The notes: generated by a model from the letters alone, not told the origin. 46,499 nt of DNA from a bacterium (GCA_027004185.1 JALTIG010000272.1:1-46499); one strand, 5' to 3'. Positions 18,444-28,976 are shown, numbered from the stretch's first letter. A program made the numbers and translations.

Positions 18444-19337
18444 ATGAGGGTTTTTAGAAGACTCATTCAAGTCGCAGCGACCTTACTGACCAACTCCTCA
18501 TTTGGGTTTCTTTTCACCCGGAAGATCTATCAAGGTCCTTTGAAAGCGTTTTGTGTTCCTGGGCTGAACTGCTATTCCTGTCCGGCAGCTACCTTTGCTT
18601 GCCCTCTTGGGTCACTCCAGTTTATTTTTGCGGGGATCCGTCCCTCCCTGGCAACCGCCCGCTATCATGTAGGAAGTTTTATCATCGGATTCCTTGGGTC
18701 GATTGGGATGCTGGCAGGTCGGTTTCCATGCGGCTGGCTTTGCCCTTTCGGGTTTCTCCAGGAGCTTCTTTACAAGATCAAGTCCCCTAAGATCAGGCTT
18801 CCAAAATTCCTGAATTACGGGAAGTATCTGTTTTTGGGGCTCTTTGTTGTTATCCTTCCCCTCACGCTCCTGGATCCCTATGGCTACGGCACAACTTGGT
18901 TCTGTAAGTATGTCTGCCCAGCGGGAACGCTTGAGGCTGGGATCCCCATGCTCATTCTTGATCCCAGACTGCGGAGGCTGGCAGGGGTCCTTTTTTACCA
19001 TAAGCTTGCTATTCTCATAGTTCTGACAGTGCTAATGATCCTTGCAAGGCGCCCATTTTGCCGCACCGTATGTCCGCTTGGTGCGATCTATTCGCTCTTT
19101 AATAAGGTCAGCATTATCCGGATGAGGTTTGTCGAGGAAAACTGCGTGCGATGTGATCAGTGCTATCGGGACTGTCCCATGGAACTGAAGTTCTATGAGG
19201 GGGCTAACCAGCTCAACTGCATTCGGTGTTTCAAGTGTTTTACAGATTCGTGCCGTTTCGGTGCTATCCAGGTTGAAATCGTGGGACTTAAGGTGTCATC
19301 CCTTAAAGGGAGGATACATGAAAATCTTGTCAAGTAG
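18444..19337 (+). CDS. membrane-bound 4Fe-4S polyferredoxin (NapH/MauN/CcoG-like, COG0348)
   Basis: Start trimmed to MRVFRRLIQ. Repeated CxxxCP motifs: CYSCP..ACPLG, CGWLCPFG, CKYVCPAG and CRTVCPLG. There are two ferredoxin clusters, CVRCDQCYRDCP and CIRCFKCFTDSC, and several TM segments. Confidence 0.8.
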   Translation: MRVFRRLIQVAATLLTNSSFGFLFTRKIYQGPLKAFCVPGLNCYSCPAATFACPLGSLQFIFAGIRPSLATARYHVGSFIIGFLGSIGMLAGRFPCGWLCPFGFLQELLYKIKSPKIRLPKFLNYGKYLFLGLFVVILPLTLLDPYGYGTTWFCKYVCPAGTLEAGIPMLILDPRLRRLAGVLFYHKLAILIVLTVLMILARRPFCRTVCPLGAIYSLFNKVSIIRMRFVEENCVRCDQCYRDCPMELKFYEGANQLNCIRCFKCFTDSCRFGAIQVEIVGLKVSSLKGRIHENLVK

Positions 19338-19833
19338 ATCCTGTAGATCTCTCACGCTCTTTTCTCTCATTGCGGTGCTGGTATTTATCGGGTGCCAGAA
19401 AGAGGGAAAGACGTCTCAAAATAAGAAGATCACTGTCTTGACCCCTGTGACGTTCGAAAAAACCATCCAAGCCCACCATGGCCATATCCTTATCGTCAAT
19501 TTTTTTGCCACATGGTGTGAACCGTGTCGAAAAGAGCTTCCCGATATCATCTCCCTGTCAAAGGAGTATGCTTCCAAGGGCGTCGATGTCATCGGGATCA
19601 GCCTGGACAAGAACGGGACAAGGGTTCTACGCTCTTTTCTCGAGAGGTTGAAATTCCCTTACCCCATTTACCTTGGCAACCAGGCCCTCATGGATACCTT
19701 GAAGATTCAGGCCATCCCCATGACCTATTTCTATGATAGAAAGGGAACGCGTGTCAAAACCCTTCTGGGGATTGTCGGCCGCAAACGTCTTTCGAGTTTG
19801 ATCAAAGCCCTGCTAAAGGTTCCCTCTTCCTGA
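19318..19833 (+). CDS. TlpA/ResA-family thiol:disulfide oxidoreductase lipoprotein
   Basis: Start at the ATG at 19318 (AAAGGGAGG upstream; 20-nt overlap with the previous gene). Lipobox LVFIGC and thioredoxin active site WCEPC. Confidence 0.85.
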   Translation: MKILSSRSCRSLTLFSLIAVLVFIGCQKEGKTSQNKKITVLTPVTFEKTIQAHHGHILIVNFFATWCEPCRKELPDIISLSKEYASKGVDVIGISLDKNGTRVLRSFLERLKFPYPIYLGNQALMDTLKIQAIPMTYFYDRKGTRVKTLLGIVGRKRLSSLIKALLKVPSS

Positions 19834-19845
19834 TAAGAATCTGGT

Positions 19846-20865
19846 CTAAAAATAGTCTCTTATCAGGAGCTCGGCGATTTGTACGGCATTGGTAGCGGCG
19901 CCTTTTCGGATGTTATCTGCCACTATCCACAGATTGATTCCCCTTTCGATGGATTCATCTTCTCGGATTCGCCCTACGAAGGTTTCGTCCTTTCCAGCGG
20001 CATTGATTGCAAGGGGATAGAGGTTTTTCTCGGGATCATCCACCACAACGACACCGGGGGCTTCGGCAAGTAGTTCTTTGACCTCTTGAGCAGAGAGTTT
20101 TTTCTTTGTTTCCACATTTACCGATTCGGAGTGGCCGTAGAACACAGGGACTCGAACAGTGGTCGCAGTAACCCGTATAGAGGGATCCTCAAGGATTTTT
20201 CTTGTCTCATTTACCATCTTCATCTCTTCCCTCGTGTACCCATTTTCAAGGAAGACATCGATATGAGGCAAGCAGTTGAAAGCGATCTGGTGGGGATAGA
20301 CTTCCGTCTTAACCGGCTTGAAATTAAAAATTGATATGGACTGATCCTGCAACTCCTGGATGGCCCGTTTCCCCGTTCCCGAAACTGCCTGATACGTCGA
20401 CACGACGATCCTTTCAATACCTGCAGCATCGTAGATAGGTTTTAACGCGACACCCATCTGGATAGTGGGACAGTTGGGGTTTGCAATAATGCCCCGGTTC
20501 CGGAATCCAGCGATCTGGTGGGGATTGACCTCCGGGACCACTAGGGGAACTTCGGGTTCCATCCGAAAGGCACTGGAGTTATCTACCACCACTGCCCCCC
20601 TATCGGCAGCGATGGGCGCGAATTCTTTACTTACAGATCCGCCTGCCGAAAAAAGCGCGACGTCGATTCCTTCGAAAGACTCTGGGGTTAACAAGTCGAC
20701 CTTGTGGACCTTTCCATGGAACAGCATGGTGCTCCCAGCGCTTCTCTCAGAGGCAAGAAGTTTCAAGTTGTTAACCGGGAAGTTCCGTTCCTGAAGCACC
20801 TCTACCATCATATTCCCTACGGCGCCTGTGGCGCCAACAACAGCAACGTTATACCCCCCCTCCAT
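19846..20865 (-). CDS. asd: aspartate-semialdehyde dehydrogenase
   Basis: NAD motif VAVVGATGAVG and an Asd-type catalytic region. Start set at the second ATG (20865), 6 nt after GGAGGA. Confidence 0.9.
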   Translation of the reverse strand: MEGGYNVAVVGATGAVGNMMVEVLQERNFPVNNLKLLASERSAGSTMLFHGKVHKVDLLTPESFEGIDVALFSAGGSVSKEFAPIAADRGAVVVDNSSAFRMEPEVPLVVPEVNPHQIAGFRNRGIIANPNCPTIQMGVALKPIYDAAGIERIVVSTYQAVSGTGKRAIQELQDQSISIFNFKPVKTEVYPHQIAFNCLPHIDVFLENGYTREEMKMVNETRKILEDPSIRVTATTVRVPVFYGHSESVNVETKKKLSAQEVKELLAEAPGVVVVDDPEKNLYPLAINAAGKDETFVGRIREDESIERGINLWIVADNIRKGAATNAVQIAELLIRDYF

Positions 20866-20929
20866 GTAATTTCCTCCCATTTATCATACTTCGTAACGCT
20901 TATATTTTGATTAAACCAAGTTTAACATG

Positions 20930-21430
20930 TTACTTTTGCCCCTGTAAAGAAGCCTTGAGGTGAGGGATTAGTCCCCCTGCATCCAACAGGGTTTGCATGA
21001 AGGGGGGGATGGGAGCCGTTTTGAATCTCCGGGAGGTTCTTTTGAGTAGGATCTCACCCGTATCACCATCCACCTGTAGGATATCCCCCTCGATGACCTC
21101 TCGGTACAATCCCTCGCAAATGAAGATAGGAAGGCCCATGTTGAAGGCATTTCGGAAGAAGATGCGCGCAAAGCTGTTTGCGATGATACACGCGACCCCT
21201 GCTCCCTTGAGGGCGATGGGAGCGTGTTCCCGGGATGACCCGCTTCCGAAATTTTTGCCTGCGACGATGATATCTCCCCTTTTGACCTTTTTCGGGAATT
21301 CAGGTTTCGCATCTTCCATGCAATGTTTTGCCAGTGCTTCTGGATCAAAGGTGGTGAGATAACGTGCTGGAATAATCTGATCTGTGTCCACGTTATCCCC
21401 AAACACCCAGGCCCTTCCTGTCAACCTCAT
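20930..21430 (-). CDS. leuD: 3-isopropylmalate dehydratase small subunit (short LeuD/HacB type)
   Basis: 166 aa with the aconitase swivel-domain motif [14 protein letters not shown]. It overlaps leuC by 4 nt. Confidence 0.88.
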   Translation of the reverse strand: MRLTGRAWVFGDNVDTDQIIPARYLTTFDPEALAKHCMEDAKPEFPKKVKRGDIIVAGKNFGSGSSREHAPIALKGAGVACIIANSFARIFFRNAFNMGLPIFICEGLYREVIEGDILQVDGDTGEILLKRTSRRFKTAPIPPFMQTLLDAGGLIPHLKASLQGQK

Positions 21431-22704
21431 ACCGTTTCCTCCCTTTTGATAGCGGATGGGTGCACAATCTTACCAGCTACAGCGCTGGCCGCTGCAACCG
21501 CAGGGGACGAGAGGTAAACCTCACTCTCCGGATGTCCCATGCGACCGGGAAAATTGCGGTTCGTTGTGGATAGTGCACGTTCCCCTTCTGCGAGTATTCC
21601 CATATGTCCCCCGAGACAGGGACCACAGGTTGGTGTACTTACCGCCGCACCTGCTTCAATGAAGATTTCGATCAAACCTTCTTTCAGCGCCTGGAGATAG
21701 GTTTCCTGAGTGGCGGGGAAAATGATCAGGCGGACCTCTGGATGAACCTTCTTTCCCTGTAAGATTTCTGCGGCTATTCGAAGGTCAGAGATTCGTCCGT
21801 TGGTGCAGGAGCCGATGATCACCTGATCGATGGGGATGTTTTCTGCTGCCTCAACCGGATGAACATTTTCGGGGAGTGAGGGGAAGGCAACCTGTGGGTC
21901 GATCTTCTCCACATGGTATTCCCGCGTTTCTATATACCCGGCACCTTCATCCGCCTGATAAAGTTTGGGAGGATGCAAGGCCCTTCCTTTTAGATAAGAC
22001 AGGGTTATGTTGTCTGCTTCAAAGATACCATTCTTTGCCCCCGCCGGGATTGCCATGTTTGCCATGGTTGGACGTGCGTCCATTGGCAGGGTTTTGGTAG
22101 TGTCGCCGCCGAACTCCATGGACCGGTAAAGAGCGCCGTCCACACCAATATCTCCAATGGTGTACAGGATAAGATCCTTCCCTGTGACCCAGGGTTGGCG
22201 TTTGCCGTGGTAAATAAATCGCATCGCTTCCGGAACCCGGAACCAGCATTGTCCGGTTGCCATGACTGCAGCGAGATCTGTGCTTCCCACGCCCGTTGCG
22301 AAGGCCCCGAGAGCTCCATAGGTACAGGTGTGGCTGTCTGCCCCAATAATGACATCCCCTGCCGTGACTAAGCCCTTTTCAGGTAAAAGGGCGTGTTCGA
22401 TCCCCATTTGACCCACTTCGTAATAGTGGGTGATTTTTTGGGCGTGGGCAAAGTCGCGCATTGTCTTGGCCTGGGTTGCTGCTGCGATGTCTTTGTTGGG
22501 TACGAAATGATCTGGAACAAGTGCAATCCTTTCCGAGTTAAAGACACGATCAAGGCCAAATTCCTTGAAGGTCTGGATGGCAAGTGGAGCCGTAACATCG
22601 TTCCCCAGAGCCAGATCAACCCGACACTGAATGATCTGGCCTGGGATGACTTCACCTTCTATGCAATGGTCTTCCAATATCTTCTGAGTCAAGGTTTTTT
22701 TCAT
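21427..22704 (-). CDS. leuC: 3-isopropylmalate dehydratase large subunit
   Basis: 425 aa with aconitase-family Fe-S ligand contexts ([26 protein letters not shown]). Confidence 0.9.
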   Translation of the reverse strand: MKKTLTQKILEDHCIEGEVIPGQIIQCRVDLALGNDVTAPLAIQTFKEFGLDRVFNSERIALVPDHFVPNKDIAAATQAKTMRDFAHAQKITHYYEVGQMGIEHALLPEKGLVTAGDVIIGADSHTCTYGALGAFATGVGSTDLAAVMATGQCWFRVPEAMRFIYHGKRQPWVTGKDLILYTIGDIGVDGALYRSMEFGGDTTKTLPMDARPTMANMAIPAGAKNGIFEADNITLSYLKGRALHPPKLYQADEGAGYIETREYHVEKIDPQVAFPSLPENVHPVEAAENIPIDQVIIGSCTNGRISDLRIAAEILQGKKVHPEVRLIIFPATQETYLQALKEGLIEIFIEAGAAVSTPTCGPCLGGHMGILAEGERALSTTNRNFPGRMGHPESEVYLSSPAVAAASAVAGKIVHPSAIKREETV

Positions 22705-24263
22705 TAGATAACCCCTTTTTTGGTGTCTTGGGTTACGATGTTCTTTCCCCTCTTAGCCTTTTGTAATTCCAGCTTGTTCAAGGCATTGATATAGGCCTTA
22801 GCACTGGCCACGATGATATCCGTATGGGCTCCCTGCCCGAGGACCGAGATACCGTCTTCCTCTACATGCACTGTTACCTCCCCTTGGGCGTCGGTTCCAC
22901 CGGTAATGGCATTGATGGCGAATCGGAGAAGTCTGCTTCTGGAGTGTGTCATCTTCTTGATAGTTTTAAGAGCAGCGTCAACCGGTCCGTCGCCAAAGTC
23001 CACATCCCTTACAGATTCTCCATCGATCTCCATGGTAACTACGGCCGTGGGGATGGCAGAAGTGCCGCTTACGATATTCAGGTAGTTCAGCCGATACCGG
23101 TACGGAATCCTCAAGACCTCGTGCATCACGATGGCTACGATGTCTTCGTCATAAACGGTTTTCTTTTTATCTGCCAAGGCCTTGAAGAGTTCGAATGCCT
23201 TTTGAATCTGCTCCGTGTTCAGGTCAAACCCGAGGGATTTGAGTCTATCACGGAAGGCGTGTCGTCCGGAGTGCTTTCCCATCACGAGGGAGCTTTTGGG
23301 GATGCCTACCGATTCGGGTGTCATGATTTCGTAAGTCAATTTTTCTTTGAGGACCCCGTCTTGATGGATTCCGGCCTCGTGAGCGAAGGCATTGGCGCCT
23401 ACAATGGCCTTGTTGGGTTGAACCTTCATGCCGGTGATTTGCGAGACGAGGCGACTCGTAGGATAGATGAGCGTCGTATCAATTCCCGTTTCGTATGGAA
23501 AAAGGTCAGATCGGGTCCGGAGAGCCATAACAACCTCCTCCATCGCCGTGTTGCCGGCGCGCTCCCCGATTCCATTGATGGTACACTCTACCTGTCGCGC
23601 GCCATGCTGGATCGCCATAATGGAGTTAGCTGTGGCTAGCCCGAGGTCGTTGTGGCAGTGTACGCTCAGGATTGTTTTTTCGATTCCCTCTACTTCCTTT
23701 CGGATAGAGTCCAGGATATGGACGTACTCAGTCGGTACCGTATATCCTACAGTGTCAGGGATGTTGATAGTTGTGGCCCCTGCCTTTAGGGCCGTCCGGA
23801 CCACTTCTATAAGAAAGGATAGCTCCGTTCGCGTGGCATCTTCCGCGGAAAACTCCACGTCATCCGTCATCTTTTTTGCATAAGTCACTGCATTGGCGAT
23901 ATCTCTAAGCACCTCTTCACGGCTCTTTTTCAGTTTGTGTGTCAGATGAATGTCAGAGGTTGCAATGAAGGTATGGATACGGGGGTATTTGGCCGCCCTG
24001 ACTGCATCCCATGCCCGGTCGATGTCCTCCCGGTTTGTCCTGGCCAAACCCGCCACCGTGCACCTCTCCAGGGCCTTGGCTATCGTTCGAACTGACTCGA
24101 AATCCCCTTCCGAAGAGATCGGAAACCCCGCTTCGATGATATCCACCCCCATCTGTTCCAATTGCTTTGCGACCCTCAGCTTTTCCTGGATGTTCATGGT
24201 TGCGCCCGGAGACTGTTCTCCGTCTCGCAGGGTCGTGTCAAAGATGTAAATATGTTCAGACAT
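22704..24263 (-). CDS. leuA: 2-isopropylmalate synthase
   Basis: 519 aa. N-terminus [15 protein letters not shown], the HxH motif [10 protein letters not shown], and a C-terminal LeuA dimerisation/regulatory domain. Confidence 0.92.
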   Translation of the reverse strand: MSEHIYIFDTTLRDGEQSPGATMNIQEKLRVAKQLEQMGVDIIEAGFPISSEGDFESVRTIAKALERCTVAGLARTNREDIDRAWDAVRAAKYPRIHTFIATSDIHLTHKLKKSREEVLRDIANAVTYAKKMTDDVEFSAEDATRTELSFLIEVVRTALKAGATTINIPDTVGYTVPTEYVHILDSIRKEVEGIEKTILSVHCHNDLGLATANSIMAIQHGARQVECTINGIGERAGNTAMEEVVMALRTRSDLFPYETGIDTTLIYPTSRLVSQITGMKVQPNKAIVGANAFAHEAGIHQDGVLKEKLTYEIMTPESVGIPKSSLVMGKHSGRHAFRDRLKSLGFDLNTEQIQKAFELFKALADKKKTVYDEDIVAIVMHEVLRIPYRYRLNYLNIVSGTSAIPTAVVTMEIDGESVRDVDFGDGPVDAALKTIKKMTHSRSRLLRFAINAITGGTDAQGEVTVHVEEDGISVLGQGAHTDIIVASAKAYINALNKLELQKAKRGKNIVTQDTKKGVI

Positions 24264-24284
24264 CTGGATCGGCCTCCCTGTGTT

Positions 24285-25355
24285 TTATTTTCTATTATAC
24301 ACGATCCGATGAAGAAAATCATAGAATCTTTCTTCCTCAAGGATCTGAGTTTTTATTGAAACCACATAAACCCGCTCGAAAAGGGGGTGTCCCTCCCATT
24401 TAACCCAATCCTTTTCTGTTGTAATGACGGGATGATGAGCAATCTGGAAGGCGATACGTTCCAGATCTTTGCTGGAATAGGGATGGTGATCCGGGAAGGG
24501 GGTGAAACCAACGATCCTGACCCCAAGCTTCCCGATAGTTTCAATGAACGATTCGGGGTTTGCAGTGCCACAGACACCCCAAACCTCCTGGTTTTTGAGT
24601 TCTTCAGCCGGGATTGTTTTTCCAGAACTGCCTTCCCATACCTCGGACACCTTCAGGTGAGCTTTGAAGATTGGCATTTCTGATGGGCACAAATCCAGAA
24701 TATTTTTTGGTAGGGTTCCGGTATAGTGGGTAACCATGAGACAGGTGGCCCGTTTCAGGTTCCTGGCGAACTCCCTGAGGGGACCGGAGGGCAGGACACG
24801 ACCGTTTCCCAGGCCCTTTTTCCCATCCACAAGCAGGATGTCTACGTCGCGATACAGGCGCCGGTGCTGGAAGGCATCATCTAAGATTATGAGATCTAAT
24901 GGAAAGTGCGTGAGCGCCCTAAGACCCACGGAAACCCTGTCAGAACCAACGAAGATGGCAGCTCCTTTTAGGTGCCTCGCTATGACTTGGGGTTCGTCTC
25001 CTGATTCTTTTATCCCCATCAGGACCTGTTCCCCATTAGATACGATCCAGCCCTTATGCCTTGTTCTCCTGTAACCACGTAAGATGATGCCGATATGGGT
25101 TGTTGGGTGCCGTTTTTTCCATCCTCTCGCGATTTCGATTGTCATGGGCGTTTTTCCAGTTCCTCCGACGGTCAGATTTCCAATAGAGATAGCTGGAACG
25201 GGTAGCCGGTGGCATTTGAAGACATTCAGGTCGTATAGATAGTTTCGCATCTCCATGGCCATGCCGTAAAGCCAACCAATGGGGGTCAGGAGGGATGAAA
25301 GACGGTTTGACATTTCCCATGGGGGAGTAGTGGTTTTTATCTTCAATTTTGACAT
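24285..25355 (-). CDS. lpxK: tetraacyldisaccharide 4'-kinase
   Basis: 356 aa with the P-loop in the LpxK context ISIGNLTVGGTGKTP. Confidence 0.88.
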   Translation of the reverse strand: MSKLKIKTTTPPWEMSNRLSSLLTPIGWLYGMAMEMRNYLYDLNVFKCHRLPVPAISIGNLTVGGTGKTPMTIEIARGWKKRHPTTHIGIILRGYRRTRHKGWIVSNGEQVLMGIKESGDEPQVIARHLKGAAIFVGSDRVSVGLRALTHFPLDLIILDDAFQHRRLYRDVDILLVDGKKGLGNGRVLPSGPLREFARNLKRATCLMVTHYTGTLPKNILDLCPSEMPIFKAHLKVSEVWEGSSGKTIPAEELKNQEVWGVCGTANPESFIETIGKLGVRIVGFTPFPDHHPYSSKDLERIAFQIAHHPVITTEKDWVKWEGHPLFERVYVVSIKTQILEEERFYDFLHRIVYNRK

Positions 25356-25488
25356 TGTTGTTTCTCTTTATAGTATAGAGAATGGGGTAAGGCAACCGGA
25401 ATACGCTGAAAATTACCTATCTCGTGTGGACAGTAAGGGTAGTTTTTCTTCTCAAGCTGGGTAGTATTAGGTAAAGGGTAATATCATC

Positions 25489-25510
25489 CCATGCGATCCG
25501 CATGGTTTTT
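25489..25510 (+). terminator. intrinsic terminator oriented on the plus strand (orphan)
   Basis: CCATGCG-ATC-CGCATGG followed by TTTTT. On the minus strand the hairpin is not followed by a U-tract. Confidence 0.5.
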
Positions 25511-25612
25511 AGATCTGGACGTTTTGAAAAGTGATTATGTATTATACCACTTTGGTGGCTGTGAATCACGCCTCTAATGTCTGAGGAAGCCGTCAAAAAT
25601 TGCTAAAGGAAG

Positions 25613-28600
25613 TTAGCCAGTTGCCAGAATCTCTTGGATCTTTTTTGACAGTTTTTCCATTGAGAAGGGTTTCTGGATAAACCCATTACATCCCATTTCC
25701 ATAATCTTCGAGGCCTCTCCGTCGATACTGTATCCGCTTGCGAGCAGTACTTTGACTTGTGGATCTACCCCCCGTAGAGCCTGAAAGATGTCCCGTCCCC
25801 CCATCCCCGGCATGATCATATCCAGGATGACAAGATCAAATTTTCCGTTTTCTTTCTGAAAAATCTCGATCGCCTCCCGTCCCCTGTTGCATGTTTTCAC
25901 ATCGTAACCGAGGGCGACGAGAAGCTGTTGCCCGACATCAAGAATCCTTTCCTCATCGTCTATGAGGAGAATCCGTCCCTTTCCCTTGGCAAGTTTTTCT
26001 GGGATCTCACTTTTGGGTCGAACCTTTTTATTGCTGGCGGGGAGGTAGAACATGAATGTGCTCCCCTCCCCGGGTGCACTTTCAACCTCTATGGTCCCTC
26101 CGTGATTTTTGATAATGCCGTATACGGAAGCCAAACCCAAACCGGTCCCTCGCCCTTTCTCTTTTGTGGTGAAAAAGGGTTCAAAGATCCGTTTTTGGGT
26201 TTCCTTGTCCATCCCTATTCCCGTGTCGGTAATTCTAACCTTTACGTATCTTCCCGGACGCATGGTGCGAAGGTACCGGTCAGGTTTCCTGAAGGTTTTA
26301 TTCTTTGTTTGGATAAAGAGTTGCCCCCCGTTAGGCATGGCCTGCCAGGCATTAACAAAAAGGTTCAACAAAACTTGCTCGATTTGGCCCCGGTCAACCT
26401 CCACGGTCCACAGGTTATCCAAAAGTTTCAGATGAATTACTATCTCTTTTTTGGCTCTTCCGAAAAGCCTTACCTCCTTTTCAATCAAGGCATTGAGGTC
26501 GGTGGGTTCCACCTCGTATCGCCCGCCTCGCGCGAATCCTAGCAACTGCGAAGTCAGTTCTGACCCACTGCGAATAGATTCTTCTATATTTTGCAACCTT
26601 TCGTAATCAGGTGAATCTTCGGACATATTGAGTTTTAGCAGGGAGATAGAGCCCTGAATTCCCATCAGGATGTTATTGAAATCATGGGCTATTCCTCCTG
26701 CAAGTGTGCCGATCGCTTCCATCTTCTGAGCTTGAAGCATCTCTTCCCTTAGTTTTCTGATGCGCCTATCGGCCCGAATACGTTCCGTTACATCCCTTGC
26801 AATTCCGCTTATATATGGGGCCCCATCCTTGGGTTTGACCAGGATGCTTTTGTGTTCGAGGTAAACCTTTCTGCCGTTTTTCGTTATATAGACCGATATC
26901 CCTTGATGATGGCCTGTTTTTTTAACTGCTTCAAGGTACTCGCTATCATAAAGGGGCTTTAATTCTTCTTTCATGTATTCAGACCCTTTTAAGCCGATCA
27001 TTTCTTCCGGTGTGTAACCTAAGAGGTTAACCAGGGCCCGATTGACCGATAGGAAACGGCCTTCAAGATCTTGCTTGTATATCAGGTCAGATACAGAGTT
27101 AAACAGATCTCGGAACCGTTTTTCTGACTGGTGGATGATGGATTCCGCCTTGATACGTTCCGTGATATCCCGCAACACCACGAGTATTCCAGCAGGTTTT
27201 CCCGTATGATCGCTGTAACGGGAGGCGCTGATACTGAGGCTGAGGATTCGGCCGTCTTTTGTTAAGCGACGGGTTTCAAATCCATGAACCGGTGCACCGG
27301 TTTCGAGGAGTTTTTCGATGGCACCCACAGTAGTCTCTTTTTCTGATTCCGGGACGAAAGGGATTTTTTTGCCTTTAATCTCTTCGAATGTCCAGCCAAA
27401 GATTTTTGTAAAAAAGGGGTTGACAAATTCTGCTTCCCCTCGAAGGTTGTAAACGATGATGGCATCCGGAGAAGAATTCAAAAGGGATCGGTAAAGTTCT
27501 TCCTGTTGCTTGGATGCCTTGTAGAGTTCCCTGTAACGACTTTCTTCTTCCCGCAACCTTGCCTCGGCCTTTCTTTTCTCAGTTACATCCGAAAAAACAG
27601 ACATGATAGCGGGTTGCTCCTGGTAAGTGATAGGCACCGAAAAGACCTCTGCCTCGATGATATCCCCTTTAAACGTGATAAATTTTCCGATGGCCGGTTG
27701 CAGGGATTCTCCTTTGAGGAGTCTGTCGACCCGCTCCTGGACAAAAGGCAATACATCCGGATGAACAAGATCCTTTAATCCTTTCCTATTGAAGTCTTCC
27801 TTAGAACTTGCCTTGAACAGTTTCAGGGTGGCGGCGTTTACGAGGAAAAGGGTCTGCTTATTGTACACGGCTGTGGGGAGGGGAGAGGCCTCAATTAGCT
27901 GCCGGTACCTTTTTTCACTTTTTTTGAGCAGCTCTTCCATCCTTTTACGCTCGGACACATCTTCGGCCATGACCAGTACAGTGGGATTTTCCGGATCGGG
28001 CTCGAAAAGCGAATACCAGAGGTGGCAGTCAAACACCTCCCCATTTTTCCGAACCCACCTCGTTTCTACTTGGGCCGTCTTGTTCTCGGTACTGAGGAAT
28101 TTGAGGCGTCTTCCTGCCCTTCGGTATTCTTCATCATCTGGGTAAATTATCCGGGCCTCTTTTCCTATCAACACGCCGAGGGGATATCCGAGCATCCTTG
28201 CCATGGCTTGGTTGTGCCATAGCATGATCTTGTTTCTAACCAGACCGATGCCGAGCGGGGAGCTTTGAAAAACCCGTTCCAGACGTTTTTCACTTTTTTT
28301 GAGCTCTTCTCCTATCCGTACCCTTTCTGTGACGTTCTCGTAAAGGCCATAGGCACCGGCTACTTCCCCATCCACAATGGCTGGAACGGCATAGAATTCT
28401 ATATCGATAGGTGTTCCGTCTTTACGAATCCGTTTTCCCTTTCCTTGGATGGGGTGTCCCGATAAGGTTTTGGCTGAGTAGTCCTTGGCTTCCTGTAAGG
28501 ATTCGTCATTGCCGGCTATGAGCTCATCCAGGTTTTTACCTATAATTTCCGATTGCTTGTATTGGAAGAGACTTTCAAATACAGGGTTGCAGGAGATAAC

Positions 28601-28771
28601 CCTGAGATTTTTATCAACCGTGACAATTCCGAGTGATGAGTGCTGTATCAAGGATCTTAAGAGTTTTTCTTCTCTTTCCAGGCCGACAAGGGTTTTTTTT
28701 ATCCTGGTAAGCTCTTTCTTCAGGTTCTGAATTGTTTGATTGTCACTTTTGGGATCTGTTTTTTCAGGCAT
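25613..28771 (-). CDS. multi-PAS hybrid sensor histidine kinase with C-terminal receiver
   Basis: 1052 aa with repeated PAS/PAC modules (several ...DVTERxxAE... boundaries). H-box GGIAHDFNNIL, N/G boxes (NLFVNAWQAM, DTGIGM, GTGLGL), and receiver RILLIDDEE...DLVILDMIMPGMGG. Confidence 0.9.
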   Translation of the reverse strand: MPEKTDPKSDNQTIQNLKKELTRIKKTLVGLEREEKLLRSLIQHSSLGIVTVDKNLRVISCNPVFESLFQYKQSEIIGKNLDELIAGNDESLQEAKDYSAKTLSGHPIQGKGKRIRKDGTPIDIEFYAVPAIVDGEVAGAYGLYENVTERVRIGEELKKSEKRLERVFQSSPLGIGLVRNKIMLWHNQAMARMLGYPLGVLIGKEARIIYPDDEEYRRAGRRLKFLSTENKTAQVETRWVRKNGEVFDCHLWYSLFEPDPENPTVLVMAEDVSERKRMEELLKKSEKRYRQLIEASPLPTAVYNKQTLFLVNAATLKLFKASSKEDFNRKGLKDLVHPDVLPFVQERVDRLLKGESLQPAIGKFITFKGDIIEAEVFSVPITYQEQPAIMSVFSDVTEKRKAEARLREEESRYRELYKASKQQEELYRSLLNSSPDAIIVYNLRGEAEFVNPFFTKIFGWTFEEIKGKKIPFVPESEKETTVGAIEKLLETGAPVHGFETRRLTKDGRILSLSISASRYSDHTGKPAGILVVLRDITERIKAESIIHQSEKRFRDLFNSVSDLIYKQDLEGRFLSVNRALVNLLGYTPEEMIGLKGSEYMKEELKPLYDSEYLEAVKKTGHHQGISVYITKNGRKVYLEHKSILVKPKDGAPYISGIARDVTERIRADRRIRKLREEMLQAQKMEAIGTLAGGIAHDFNNILMGIQGSISLLKLNMSEDSPDYERLQNIEESIRSGSELTSQLLGFARGGRYEVEPTDLNALIEKEVRLFGRAKKEIVIHLKLLDNLWTVEVDRGQIEQVLLNLFVNAWQAMPNGGQLFIQTKNKTFRKPDRYLRTMRPGRYVKVRITDTGIGMDKETQKRIFEPFFTTKEKGRGTGLGLASVYGIIKNHGGTIEVESAPGEGSTFMFYLPASNKKVRPKSEIPEKLAKGKGRILLIDDEERILDVGQQLLVALGYDVKTCNRGREAIEIFQKENGKFDLVILDMIMPGMGGRDIFQALRGVDPQVKVLLASGYSIDGEASKIMEMGCNGFIQKPFSMEKLSKKIQEILATG

Positions 28772-28976
28772 AGGGTTTACCTTTGAAAGGGTTTGTGAAA
28801 AACTTTTGCCTGTACTGCTTATAACCTATCAAAGATTATCCGAAATCGCAAAGGCTCCCTTTTATCCTCCATGAGGAAGCCCTTTGTCACTTATGAAAGC
28901 ATGGACTTTTCATGGCTTGACAGGGGGGGGAGGGGATTGATATCTTTTGTTTCACTGAGTTTGGGAAGGGGTACCT

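Noticed and set aside
22824-23639. 271-aa plus-strand ORF antisense to leuA (similar cases: 25928..26542 inside the kinase gene, 15805..16359 opposite ybaB/dnaX, 13504..13908 opposite the MFP gene)
   Set aside because: These are shadow ORFs opposite strongly supported genes, with low-complexity translations and no start-site signals.
28917-28935. G8-A-G4 run next to a TTGACA, considered as a G-quadruplex or phase-variable tract
   Set aside because: There are only two G-runs, which is not enough for an intramolecular G4. It lies in promoter spacer DNA of a hypothetical gene, and nothing further could be supported.
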